From the NCBI GenBank assembly GCA_002269645.1, contig NIVC01005005.1, positions 1-28,701 on the forward strand: DNA of 28,701 nucleotides, given 5' to 3'. Source of the stretch: Macrostomum lignano. Lineage: Eukaryota. The notes below the pieces were generated by a model. It was not told the origin of the DNA, did no database searches, and saw only the letters and a list, made by a program, of their open reading frames with translations. Positions 10,686-20,882 of this stretch are shown here, piece after piece; position 1 is the first letter of the stretch, and each line of letters starts with the position of its first letter. The translations under genes and the position numbers were made by a program.

Positions 10686-12322
10686 CTAAATAGCATCAAT
10701 CAATTTATGCTTGTGTGCGTTGCTCCCAGAGCCAGCTGCTGCGAAGGCTTGTAGGGCGATAGGAGTTACAAATTCATGAAGAGTCTGAGCCGCTGAGTCC
10801 GACGCCTTTAGCTGGCGTGCGAAACTTTGCTGTGACAGGAAACACACCAACCCCTGTGCTATGTGTGCCCACATAGAATATTTGCTAGCTAGAAAAAAAA
10901 GTCAAAAGGCAAATGGCTCGCACAACCACTTCTAGCGAATCAATCAAATCCTGTCATTCATTCTCGATGAGGCTGCAATACATGCAGGCGCAATTTAATG
11001 CACTGTAAGCCCCTGACTTGCATGGCGGAGAAAGAGATTACGCTTTAGAGTTCTCCGAAGTGCCTTGCTTAGAATGTAACATTTACTGGGTGTGTTGTAA
11101 CAGTACGCGCTAGAATTACGAAATTGGGAATGTAGCTACCCTATATATAACAATCCTCTTCTCAACTGCACCCGAGAAGAGGGCTTGCAGCCAAACAGCC
11201 AAACATTATTCAACGGATGTTCAATCAAGAAATGGTTGAATATCTCTACGATGGTGAATGATCTTGACATGAAACTGTGAGGATGCGTCGTTTCGTACAG
11301 GCGTTATGCCAGTCGAGCAGTCGGCGAAGTCGAAGGGGTGGGGTGAAAGTATTGATAATATTCGCAAGAGGACTGTGGCCCCCTGGCCCAACGCTGGCAA
11401 TTCTGCCCATTCTGCCCGTTTACCGCTGAGCTGCCCTGCCTCATGAAGTCCGGCGGAAGAAATTCCACAAATTTCCATCCACTATGGTTTCATTTTAAAG
11501 CAGAAAAACAGCTTGGAATTGCTACAGCTAAAGCTGCATGGATTCTGTTCAATAATGGTACTCAACTATAGACTGTGTGTCACCTGCACACTGGTGTCAC
11601 AGTGTTACAATGGATGCTTTTGCAGTTTACAGAGAGCACAATTTTATGATTTTATGACAGAGCGACGACGGAGCTATGAATATTAAAATACATGCCATAG
11701 CCCTGTACAGTAGGATGCAGACACGGAGCCAACACAAGACAGCCAGCCATTACGTCAATTGCCTCGCGTGCACTTTTAGCTTGTATCACTGAAGCGGCGC
11801 GCAATTTTGCTGATTTGCTTTGTTTTGAAAAGGTTTTTTTACAAAATATACCTGTGTACAGTTTTGTTCTGGATTGAATGATATACCATTCTCAGTATAG
11901 ATTTCTATCTACTGTTTTGACCCTCTCCTCTGTCTACCCCGTCCATCACTCATGTTTAAAGTGTCTTCCCAAGTAGAAAAGTGCAAATCAGCAGCGAATA
12001 TTCTCGCACAGGGCACAGCTTGTAGATAGGGAGAAACTTCCAGCCGATCGCGAAGTTTTACAGCGCAACGACCGTGTGCGGTGATCCAGGAAAGTCAATA
12101 AACAGTTGTGCATCAGGGCCGGACCAGCTTACATTCGGAAGAGAGGGTTGGTAACTTTGGAAGAGAATATGCAGTGCAGGAAAAGATGCACTAAAATTTA
12201 TACATAGTCGAATGTACATACCATGCCGTGTTTGGTGCACGAATTAGTTTATAGTGCACAGTGAACGCATTGGTGCTGTTTTGGTTGCATTAGCTAGTTG
12301 GAATATAAAATAGCGATCCGAT
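10686..12322 (-). CDS. Candidate spliced 3-prime gene portion (exons 12322 or 12275->12222, 12154->12133, 11481->11299, 10829->10686); product unrecognised
   Basis: GT-AG boundaries with matching phases (2, 0, 0) give ...TNAFTVHYKLIRAPNTA-CYQPSLPN-WMEICG...STGITP-QSFARQLKASDSAAQ...LIDAI*. Strong sites are ATG|GTATGT, ctcttccaaag|, AAT|GTAAGC and gtgtttcctgtcacag|; the donor at 11298 (GTACGA) is weaker. No homology recognised. Confidence 0.35.
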
Positions 12323-12999
12323 CTGAAACGTAAGACAAGGCAATATAGATGGAGAGAGAAAGAATTATAGCTGGAACTCGATTTTTCGAGTTCCAATTCG
12401 GCAGACTGTTGCCATTCAAGCAGCCGCATTGAGATGCTGGAGCAAGTCATGCGCGGAACGCGAGGACTTGGAGAGGGGAGAGTATGGGATTCTGTGGGAG
12501 ATAGTTCCCCAAGTCCATAGCCATCGGGTACCGCCGGATTCTCAAGGCTTAATTGGCAGCCCGCCAGACGAGACTGTGACGATCCAAGTCCCATGAGGGA
12601 AAAGTGCAACTGGGTGCAGACTGGGCGCAGTTCGGATTTTCTCATCGTTGTGGGAGTGACAGCGGCATGGCCATTTATTGATCCAACGGGATCAATGGCC
12701 AATCGATTGAGCAGCTTGGGGGGGGACGTCGGGTGCAGCTGTTTGCAGGCTGCCCTGAATCAGCAGAGCTCGTTAATTCGCCGGCTTTTTCCTTGCATGC
12801 AGTTGATCGAAAATTTCGAAAGTATGAAAAGTCAAAACATTTTTGCTAGTCAAACGCAAAAGTCCATTAAATTGAGCTAATTTTGAGGGCGGGTGGGTCA
12901 TCTCCAACCGAGAAAGTAGTTAATGAGGATGTTAGGAAGGAAAAATACATTGATATAAAGGTGAAAGTTCAGAATTTTTATCAAGTAAAAGTGTTATAA

Positions 13000-13330
13000 A
13001 TTACTTCGTAGTCTTTAGCTGAAAGTGTCTGTAGCAGCACTCCTTAATCACGGATGTTCCGACAGCTCATGTGTAACCGACAGCTAAGCCACAGCTATTG
13101 CGCGGCGCATCTGAAGGCTGCGTACGGCTGTTCAGTCCAAGGACTGGGGGGTCGCCACACACCCTCAATTACCCCAGCTAATGCTGGCACCCATTTTACA
13201 GCTGGGTGAACTGAAGCAGTGCAGAGTTAAGTGTCTTGCTCTAGGACACAAATTGTTCCGAGTGAGTCGAGAATCGAACCCCCGACCTTCAAATCGTGAG
13301 TCCGACGCTCTACGCACTTGGCTACATTCC
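13000..13330 (-). mobile_element. tRNA-derived SINE with CORE-type central domain (3-prime boundary uncertain)
   Basis: On the minus strand: A-box TAGCCAAGTGCG (13324-13313), B-box GGTTCGATTCT (13280-13270), then GTGTCCTAGAGCAAGACACTTAAC...CACCCAGCTGTAAAATGGG (about 13250-13190), resembling the CORE-SINE conserved domain. No tRNA acceptor-stem closure. Confidence 0.85.
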
Positions 13331-14189
13331 TTGTGTGAAGATACATGAATATAAATTACATGAAAAACGGCGGCCACCTGTTGCCTCAATAAACTTTTGC
13401 ATAATTTTCACGACGTATGAATAGAAAATCAATACAGATTTTGATTGCATCATCATCCAGCTATTTCTCTAGCTATCTAACACACTTCACTCTCTGTCGG
13501 CAATGAAACCAGCATTACGCAATAGTTAGTTATCTTTTAAAAGTTGATGACGAGGCTTCTTCTCCGTCGCCAGCCAACTAGAAGGATGCTGATAGCGTTT
13601 TATCGCATGATAGGGTTTCGCAGCTTTCCCTGTCACGTCGGCCCTCTAGCTGTATGCAATCGTTATACTGTGAAGGACCGACCGCCCAGCCCTCACTTGG
13701 ATCCTCATTAACGATAGCCGCGTGCAGTTCCGCCTGCCAGCTGGGCCCCGCCAGATAAAACCAGCAGCCCAAGGAATTACAGTGGAAGCCACAGACAGAC
13801 AGGGCCTATAGGCGCAGGGGTCAAACTGGCAAATGGGGAATGGCGTCAAGCGTCTATTCCTCTCTTATATCTCCCTACCCACTCAGCGATATACGCAAAC
13901 AAGCATCTATAGTAGGCAAGTTTGGTTGAACTAACATTTATCCTGCAGCCGCCGCGCACAATCATTATGATATTGCCAACTGCCCTCCTAACGATGACTC
14001 ATTCAATACCAAGATAGGAGGCAAATTTTGGAATAAGAATATAGAACTCTCTGACCATGTTGCTTTGCAGAAAAGAAATTACAAGTGGAGTTCAAAATTC
14101 AATGGCTTCTGTAATCGCTCCGACCCTTCAAATTAGTGAAGCTTAGGTAAGGGAGCGAAACAGCATAGCAACTCGAGAGGGCTGAGAGT

Positions 14190-14301
<112 letters not shown>

Positions 14302-14339
14302 CACGCTCGACACTTGAGACACCTGGATGAAGGAGGAGG

Positions 14340-14547
14340 GACAGCAGCTTTATAAATATTTGCTTGAAAGCCCGCCTGATCTGTGCGCGAGTGTGTCTTG
14401 TTGCGGGCCTGAGCCTGGGGGGGGGGTTACCGAATAATAAGCTTCAAGCTGCCGCCTCCCACCCCCGATTGCGTCATCGGCAAACCGACCATAGACAGGC
14501 AGCAGTGGGCCTCATCGAGCCCCCCCCCTCTCCAAGCGGGTGAGTCA
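14340..14547 (+). promoter_or_regulatory. Promoter-like GC-rich island: TATAAATA (14351-14358), bZIP-like ATTGCGTCAT (14468-14477), donor-like CGG|GTGAGT (14540)
   Basis: Motifs read directly from sequence next to the (CT)n tract; no transcript evidence. Confidence 0.3.
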
Positions 14548-16208
14548 GCGAGAACCGGGTCAGCAGTGTCTCTCTGGCTGCAGCGGCTGGGCCTCGAACA
14601 AAAGGTTTAAACTGGGCCCGCTCGGCGCTCTAGAAAATTCAATTTCCTGCCTCGCGCTGTTTTCTTTGGAAGCTGCTGTCTCCGCTGCTTCTGCAGCTCA
14701 TCTCAAAGCGCTCTTTTTCCTAATGGCAGGTGGCGGAAAATTGGCAATAATAATAAGAAGAAGAATAATTCTGACCTGTCACGAAAGCGAATCAACTGGA
14801 ATTCATTCGCCAAAATTGCGTGCTGCGCTTATTTTGGTTCGCTGGGATTTTCTTCGAAATAATAACATTTTGAGGCCAGGAGCTTGAAACTGCAACCTCG
14901 AGTTGCTATGTATCAGAGAAATGAAACCTTCCTGCATTAGCTACAGTCTTTTTTAATAAGGCTGAGAAGCAACATACAATTAAAATTCTATGACAGTCGC
15001 TAGAAGGTACACTTAAAGAAGCTTTCTGGCTGTCATGAGGACACCCGCACTCGAACCAGTATTTGGCCTCCTTTAGAAGAGGGCAGCTACATGGCCAAAT
15101 GCAATTAGTTTCCAGCCTGACTAAGGCCTTGAACTCAAAATCGTATCTCTTCCCAGACTGGGGTATGGAGGATCCTTATAAACCCGATAGAGAGACAACT
15201 GCGAGTCAGCTATTCTACAAGTTAGTACAAGATCTACTCACATAATTTGTAGCAGCACTAACAATACGCTCGTACTAATTGGGGCTTGTTGCGGCGATTC
15301 ACGCTCATGAGGGCAAGCGTTCACGGGTTCAGAGAGTGTGAATGTACATACCTGACGATTAGAAAGTCGTCATCATCACCCTGAGTGATTGCTCCTCATG
15401 GGCCAGCAGAATGGCACCTGGGTGGGCTTCGGTTTTACTGTTGTCTTGACTCTTGCTGCAGTGCACAACCCCCCCCCCCTCCCTCGTTGCGAACCAAGAG
15501 GCACCATTGTTAAAAAGAAATTATTCATTCGGTATGTTCAAAAAAGCAGCACTACAAGCAATGGGGCCGCACACGCAGTAAATTGGCAGCGTTGCAAGTC
15601 GCCCACGAAGTTTTGCTTTTTGGATCCAGAAAGTAGCTTCTGCTTCTGCTTGAGTGATGCCTATAGCAACCAGCCACCCAGCTAGCTACTGGTAACGGAT
15701 GCCGCGGCAAAAACACGAACAAGTTTGATACAAGCCAAATGCAAGCAAGGCTGTGGCTCGGCCTGACGCGCACTGCATAGCCGGTCATTGGCTTTTTTAT
15801 CGCTAAGCTCTGGGAAAGATTGGAGGTTAGAAAAACATTGCTAGCTTTAGTGCTTGCATGTGTAGTGCGGGTGCATGTAACGCATGTAGTAAAAGGAACC
15901 GATGCAGCTGCTAAGCATAATTTTGCTATTCCCACGAGCTTCTAGGTTCGTTAAGTGGATTTCGAAACTTGGCGCTAAGGTCCTTCATTCTGCGAGGCCA
16001 GTGGGTCCAGACCGTCCTGCTCTGAAACTCAGAGACTTGGTCCTGGCCCAGCCCCTCGAAGCGATCTGTTGCGTCGTAGGCGACTTCTCGTCTTGAGTCC
16101 AATCTTACAATCTTTAAAAATCGTATTTTTGTTTTTGTTTTGGTCCCTAGGACTTGCAAAAATCTTAAAATCCCTAGATCTCTATCAGATTTTTACAAAA
16201 CTTTATTT

Positions 16209-16625
16209 CAGGAGCCGTCGTCAAACTTATTAATCTAAAGGACAAGATAGAGAATCTTGTCGTGACTGCGGACCAGAGGAGGGGAAGAGGAGAGGGTCAA
16301 AGAGAATAGAGAAGAAATAAAAGAGATAGGAGAAGGGAGAGAAGCGAGAAGCGAGAAGCAAGAAGCGAGAAGAGAGAAGAGAGAAGAGAGAGGAGAAAAG
16401 AGGAGAGGAGAGGAGACGAGGAGAGAATGGAGAGGAGAGGGGACCGGAGATGGGAGAAAAAGAGGAGAGAAAATAGAAAAAATAAATGAGCTGAGAAATT
16501 GGAGATTGGAGATTTAACTCTCAAGATAAGAGAGTTGAGAAGCGACACAAACCTTGAGCGGGCCAGAATCGCTATTGTGAAGTTTCAAAGAACCCGAGGG
16601 CCGGATAGAGAGGCTTTGCGGACCG
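16209..16625 (-). mobile_element. Second, more diverged and one-end-truncated copy of the hAT MITE at 9953-10274, in inverted orientation
   Basis: The reverse complement of about 16535-16625 aligns closely with 9987-10080 (…ccgcaaag.ctctctatccgg…gaaacttcacaatagc…cccgct.aaggtttgtgtc). The purine tract at 16280-16490 mirrors the CT tract. CAGGAGCCGTCGTCAAAC at 16209 is a degenerate TIR; the other TIR is absent. Confidence 0.85.
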
Positions 16626-16729
16626 GATCTGCTCTATTCAATTGATTGTATCTACGAGTATCAAACACAAAATCAAATATCAAAGCGTTTACTGCAGTTA
16701 AAAACTTCGAAACATGAGGCATGAGATGT

Positions 16730-16735
16730 TTTATT
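16730..16735 (-). terminator. Candidate polyadenylation signal AATAAA for the 850-aa gene (would imply a 3-prime UTR of about 1.6 kb)
   Basis: TTTATT on the plus strand with U-rich minus-strand sequence upstream; positional inference only. Confidence 0.3.
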
Positions 16736-17808
16736 GTCGCTTAGGACGCGAAACTGTTACAGCAAGTTCAGTAAGTGTGGTATTTGCTTGATAATTCCAT
16801 GCAACTAAACTGCACTCTTATAAAAAAACAGAATTCATGCAACAGATATTTACAAACAAAAAAACAGAAAAAACAGTTGCACAGGGTTCAATTTTGCGTA
16901 GTCTTATTGATTTATGATAGGATCGAAAGTGTGTACGGGACGAAACTAACGCGTTGAAAGAGAAAAACTGTGACAGAACTAATATGAGACTTGCTCATAT
17001 CTGAGACAGACCATGGGAATTTCAACAAGAATTTCTACACAGTTCGTAGGGTTATCGCTGCACGTAAAGCAAAGAAAAACATTAAGATCTCACCGTTCAT
17101 TAAGAGTGTACACTGAAGTACCGAAAATGGCTTTCCATGAAACTGTGAGACACATTAAACACAGTCCCAACGCGCTGCGTCGCCCGGAGCTCACTGAAAG
17201 TGAGTAAATAGCGGTGTGCAAACCATACAAGGCCGAAGTAAAGAAGAAAGCAATGCCCCACTTGAATTTCATAGCAGGCCCTAAAGCGCTATAGGCAAAC
17301 AGAAAGTTATTCTAAAGTTAGTATAGAATTGGTGGCTCAGTTTGAAACTGATCCTATAGAGCTCCCTCGAAAATGAGCTCTGCTGCTTTGATCGATTATA
17401 AAAGCGGAGATTCAACCGGAAGCAGTTTTACTATTTCCTGGATTTTGTTTGGCTCTATTTTACTTTTGCTGAATAAACATTTAGTTTTAGTCCGCCTCCT
17501 TATGTCTGTTTCTCTGTACTTCAGGTCCCTCAGGGAAAGCTGCTCAATTGAAAAAAAGTGGGGCATTGCGAGTACCTGGAGAGTTCCGCAGTTTCCAGCT
17601 GCATCTCTCCCGGACTATTCGGTAGGGCGAAAGGCGACCGGATTTTTTCACCTTTCGCTACCTTTCGTCAGCCGTAGCCAAATTGAAATCAGGTGAGGAA
17701 ATCGCGTCAGTACAACAAGTTCGAAAGCAGGACTTGCTACGCAGAAAATAAAAAAGAACGGAGATGCCTTCAAGCGGCTGGAAAAATAGCGGCCGAAAAT
17801 TAGCTAAT

Positions 17809-18002
17809 GGGCCGTATGCAAAAAGCTCTGTCTAGGGTAGTCCGGTCTTGAAAAGCTAGTCTGGACTTGGATATGGTATGCAGAAACACAAAGTTAGACC
17901 AGTCTACTATAGACAGAACTAGGCTAGCTAGACCATAGACTATAGACTGAACTACCCAAGTCCGGACTAGCTAGTCTGGACTAAGCTTTCTGCATACGGC
18001 CG
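17809..18002. mobile_element. 194-bp MITE, PIF/Harbinger-like
   Basis: 18-bp TIRs GGCCGTATGCAAAAAGCT (17810-17827) and the reverse complement of 17984-18001 match 17/18. AAT flanks both ends (17806-17808, 18003-18005). Subterminal inverted repeat GCTAGTC(T/C)GGACTTGG. Confidence 0.8.
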
Positions 18003-18329
18003 AATATTTATCCCATTCGGATGTGGGATTAGAAAATAAATTAGCAATAACAAGTCCAATGTCTCAATGCTAATTAATGATCGAAGGAAAATGTCCGTCC
18101 TGTTGTAGATCTTATTTCTACGAAACTTCTGCAATGAATATTCTGGTCTAGCGCACTAGTTATTGGACAATGCAATAAAACTGCCTTTCCCGAACAGAAA
18201 ATTTCTCGAGCTTAAAAAGTGCGATCGGTACTATTCGTGCTAATACTAATTTCATTCTCGAGCTGCCAACGAAATGCCTACCACGTTACTAACAGAGGGA
18301 ATGAGGACCAGACACAGAGAATGAAAATC

Positions 18330-20882
18330 TCATACGTAGCCACTCGGCATCAAGCGATAGTCACAGTTAGTTCTCATGGCCTCGGATTTCGCCCGCCAGA
18401 GCCGCTGCTGCGAGCCGCCAGCGGAGGAAATCGTCTCAGGCGTGGCCGCCCCGCTCCAGCCGTAGGAGGCCGATGACGATAGGAAGAGCAGGTCCCGATG
18501 GCTTCTCGCCTCGTGACCGCCTCCGCCACCGTAGCCGCCTGTTGAAGGCGAAGACGACGCGGTAGTTTCGCTGCGGCTGTCTGCGGCAGCTCGGCTTAAC
18601 CGCCTGCTGAGCGTGTGCCGCTCCTGGATCTGCTTTTGCAGGCCGACCGTCTCCTCGCTGGTAGTGAGGTAATAGAGAAAGCGCTTCACGTCTCTGAGTC
18701 GCGGCCCTGCCACCTCTACCCGGCGCAGACCATCCGGCAGGTCTTCCGCCTCTTCTGGCGGGAGCAGACGCAGAGTGCAGCTGTGCCGGCTGGCCAGAGA
18801 TGCTACCACCGGGTCTAGCAGGAACGCCTCGCTCTGAGCCAGGCTGCCGCCCGCCCGGATGTGGAAGAAGTAAAACGCTCGCTGACCCGCGGCGCGTCGC
18901 TCCACCGGGAGAGGACTCTTGGGCGCCGGGCCGTCGCGCGGCTGACCGCGCACAGCTGAGAAGGTTCGGCAACGGCGGCGCATCTCAGCTGCGTGACGGA
19001 CATCCGCGATGCGTCGAGGCTGTGCCGGTGGCTGGCCAACAAAGTCCGGCTCCTGTTGTCGATACTGTTGAATGGGCCGGTCCTCGCCGTTAAGCTTTCC
19101 GGGACAAGAGTCGCGTCGAACACGGGGCCTGCGCTGGTGCTCGAAGACCCCAGCGTCGTAGTAGTCGTTGTCTCTTTCGGTATCGATGCACTCGTCGTCA
19201 TCGTCGCAGAACATGTGCAGCCGCTCAAGGCCTTCAACTAGTGAGCGACGCTGAGCAAAGTAGCGCGGCCGGTAGAGCACAGTTGGTTGGCTATCAAACA
19301 CGCGATGACCGCGGCCAGACGCATTTACCGCTGTCTGCGTCAGCGCCGGAAGAAGGCGCATCCGGGGAACGTCTCGCCTACGCTGGCTGCGGCTGCGACT
19401 ACGCCGAAGCGTAATGCGGAGCTGCGGAGGCGACGGCGATTCTCTGCCGGTATTTGTCCCTACTGTTGACGATGCTTTCGTTGTGGCTGCCGCTGTCTGG
19501 CAGGCGTCATCTCGAGAACTTGGTGGCTGGGGACGTCGTTCAGCTTGAGCCCGAACTGTGCTTCTAGTTTTGGTTCGGCCTCTGGATTGTTCTGTGTTTG
19601 TTCGCATTGAGTTGGACGCATCTGCTTCCCGCTCGGATTTTACTGCCTGCGACTGTTGCCGTTGGTCACGCTGTTGTGGCTGCTGCTGTTTTTGTTGTTG
19701 TTGTTGTTGTTGCTGTTGCTGTTGTTGCTGTTGTTGCTGTTGTTGTTGCTGTTGTTGTTGCTGTTGTTGTTGCTGTTCTTGTTGTTGTTGTTGTTGTTGT
19801 TGTTGCTGCTGCTGTCGTTGTTGTTGCTGCTGCTGCTGTTGCAGCTGATTTTGCATTTGCCTTTGTAGCAACTGTTGCTGCTCAAGCATCTTCTGTTGTA
19901 GCAGTTTCTGTTGCTGCTGTTGAAAGATTTGAAGCTGATGTTGATGCAAGAGGCGCTGCTGTTGAAGCAGCTGCTGCTGATGAGGCGCTTGCTTCAGCTG
20001 CTCTTGGTGCTGTAGCAACTGACAATTTGATTGTCGAAATGATCTCTGTGTGTTTAACGTCGATTGCCGCTGCTGTTCTGGCTGAGAATTGCACTCCGGC
20101 AGTGGCGGGGCGCCCCTCCGACCGCGAATTACAGTCTCACTACCCCGCGGCCCAGCTGCAGCTCTGAGAGTGCGGTCATCCGCTGCTTTCTGCTCTATGA
20201 TTGTGTCAACCTCCAAGTCCATAGCTGACGAATCGTCCTCCTCTTCCGCTTTAGGCATGACCCGATCGATGCTGCTAGGAAATTGTTGGTGGGCAATTTG
20301 CCGCAGCAGGCGCTGCTGTTGCTGCTGTTGCTGTTGGCTGAGCTGTCGCCTCGGACTCAGCCCATAGTTACCGTGGACTGGACACGGCCGACTATGAGCT
20401 GCAGCTGCCGAAGACTGACTTCGCTTAGGGGGCTGATTTCGACCGGCGCTGGCACTGTCGGACCGCTGCTCAGCTGGCTGAGTACGACCGTCATTGTCGG
20501 AATACTCTGGTGGTGGAGGCAGCATCGGTGGCGGAGGCAGCGGGCGCATTGGTGGCTGAAGGATTGACAGGTCTTCCGTCTGCCGCTTGGCCTGGCCATT
20601 TTCAATACAGACAGCGGGAGCAGCAGGCGCATCGGCTCTAGCAGCACCACCTTGGCCACCGTTGACTCCTTGAGCATCCTGTCGACTCTGATGATGATGC
20701 CGCGGTTTGTACAGCGGAGACTCGCAGCCGCCATTGTCAACTATGTAGTCCGTGATGACGAAGTTGTAATTCGGCGTCGGCTTCTGGTCGGCTGGCGACA
20801 CGCCGACTCCGCCGCTGCCGTTGCCAGCGGATCTCTGCTGCTGGCCGGGCCGTTTGCTCAGTCGAGACTGGCGTGCTCCCAT
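18330..20882 (-). CDS. 850-aa low-complexity, glutamine-rich protein of unknown family; N-terminal MG, possible degenerate KH-like module near the C-terminus
   Basis: 2553-nt open frame with the same GC-rich, Q/A/S/P/R-biased style as the other genes in the window. ATG at 20882 is preceded by acceptor-like cttccgccttcag. The 3-prime end may splice at TAC|GTATGA (18335). Confidence 0.8.
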   Translation of the reverse strand: MGARQSRLSKRPGQQQRSAGNGSGGVGVSPADQKPTPNYNFVITDYIVDNGGCESPLYKPRHHHQSRQDAQGVNGGQGGAARADAPAAPAVCIENGQAKRQTEDLSILQPPMRPLPPPPMLPPPPEYSDNDGRTQPAEQRSDSASAGRNQPPKRSQSSAAAAHSRPCPVHGNYGLSPRRQLSQQQQQQQQRLLRQIAHQQFPSSIDRVMPKAEEEDDSSAMDLEVDTIIEQKAADDRTLRAAAGPRGSETVIRGRRGAPPLPECNSQPEQQRQSTLNTQRSFRQSNCQLLQHQEQLKQAPHQQQLLQQQRLLHQHQLQIFQQQQQKLLQQKMLEQQQLLQRQMQNQLQQQQQQQQRQQQQQQQQQQQQEQQQQQQQQQQQQQQQQQQQQQQQQQQQQKQQQPQQRDQRQQSQAVKSEREADASNSMRTNTEQSRGRTKTRSTVRAQAERRPQPPSSRDDACQTAAATTKASSTVGTNTGRESPSPPQLRITLRRSRSRSQRRRDVPRMRLLPALTQTAVNASGRGHRVFDSQPTVLYRPRYFAQRRSLVEGLERLHMFCDDDDECIDTERDNDYYDAGVFEHQRRPRVRRDSCPGKLNGEDRPIQQYRQQEPDFVGQPPAQPRRIADVRHAAEMRRRCRTFSAVRGQPRDGPAPKSPLPVERRAAGQRAFYFFHIRAGGSLAQSEAFLLDPVVASLASRHSCTLRLLPPEEAEDLPDGLRRVEVAGPRLRDVKRFLYYLTTSEETVGLQKQIQERHTLSRRLSRAAADSRSETTASSSPSTGGYGGGGGHEARSHRDLLFLSSSASYGWSGAATPETISSAGGSQQRLWRAKSEAMRTNCDYRLMPSGYV
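19660..19850 (-). repeat. Coding (CAA/CAG)n polyglutamine tract; longest pure run 28 Gln (19775->19692)
   Basis: TTG/CTG triplets on the plus strand, interrupted by single K, E and R codons. Confidence 0.97.

Noticed and set aside
13270-13330. tRNA gene
   Set aside because: A- and B-boxes are present, but the 3-prime side continues into a SINE CORE domain and the acceptor stem does not close.
13543-13758. Plus-strand exon-like frame DDEASSPSPAN*KDADSVLSHDR...
   Set aside because: It has an internal stop, no homology and no downstream partner; too weak to call even a pseudogene.
15063-15245. 60-aa plus-strand ORF (ASFRRGQLHGQMQ...)
   Set aside because: It has a TTG start, no recognisable motif and no clear splice sites.
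19558-20167. Poly-Cys, poly-Leu, poly-Val and poly-Asn ORFs
   Set aside because: These are the other five reading frames of the CAA/CAG polyglutamine tract.
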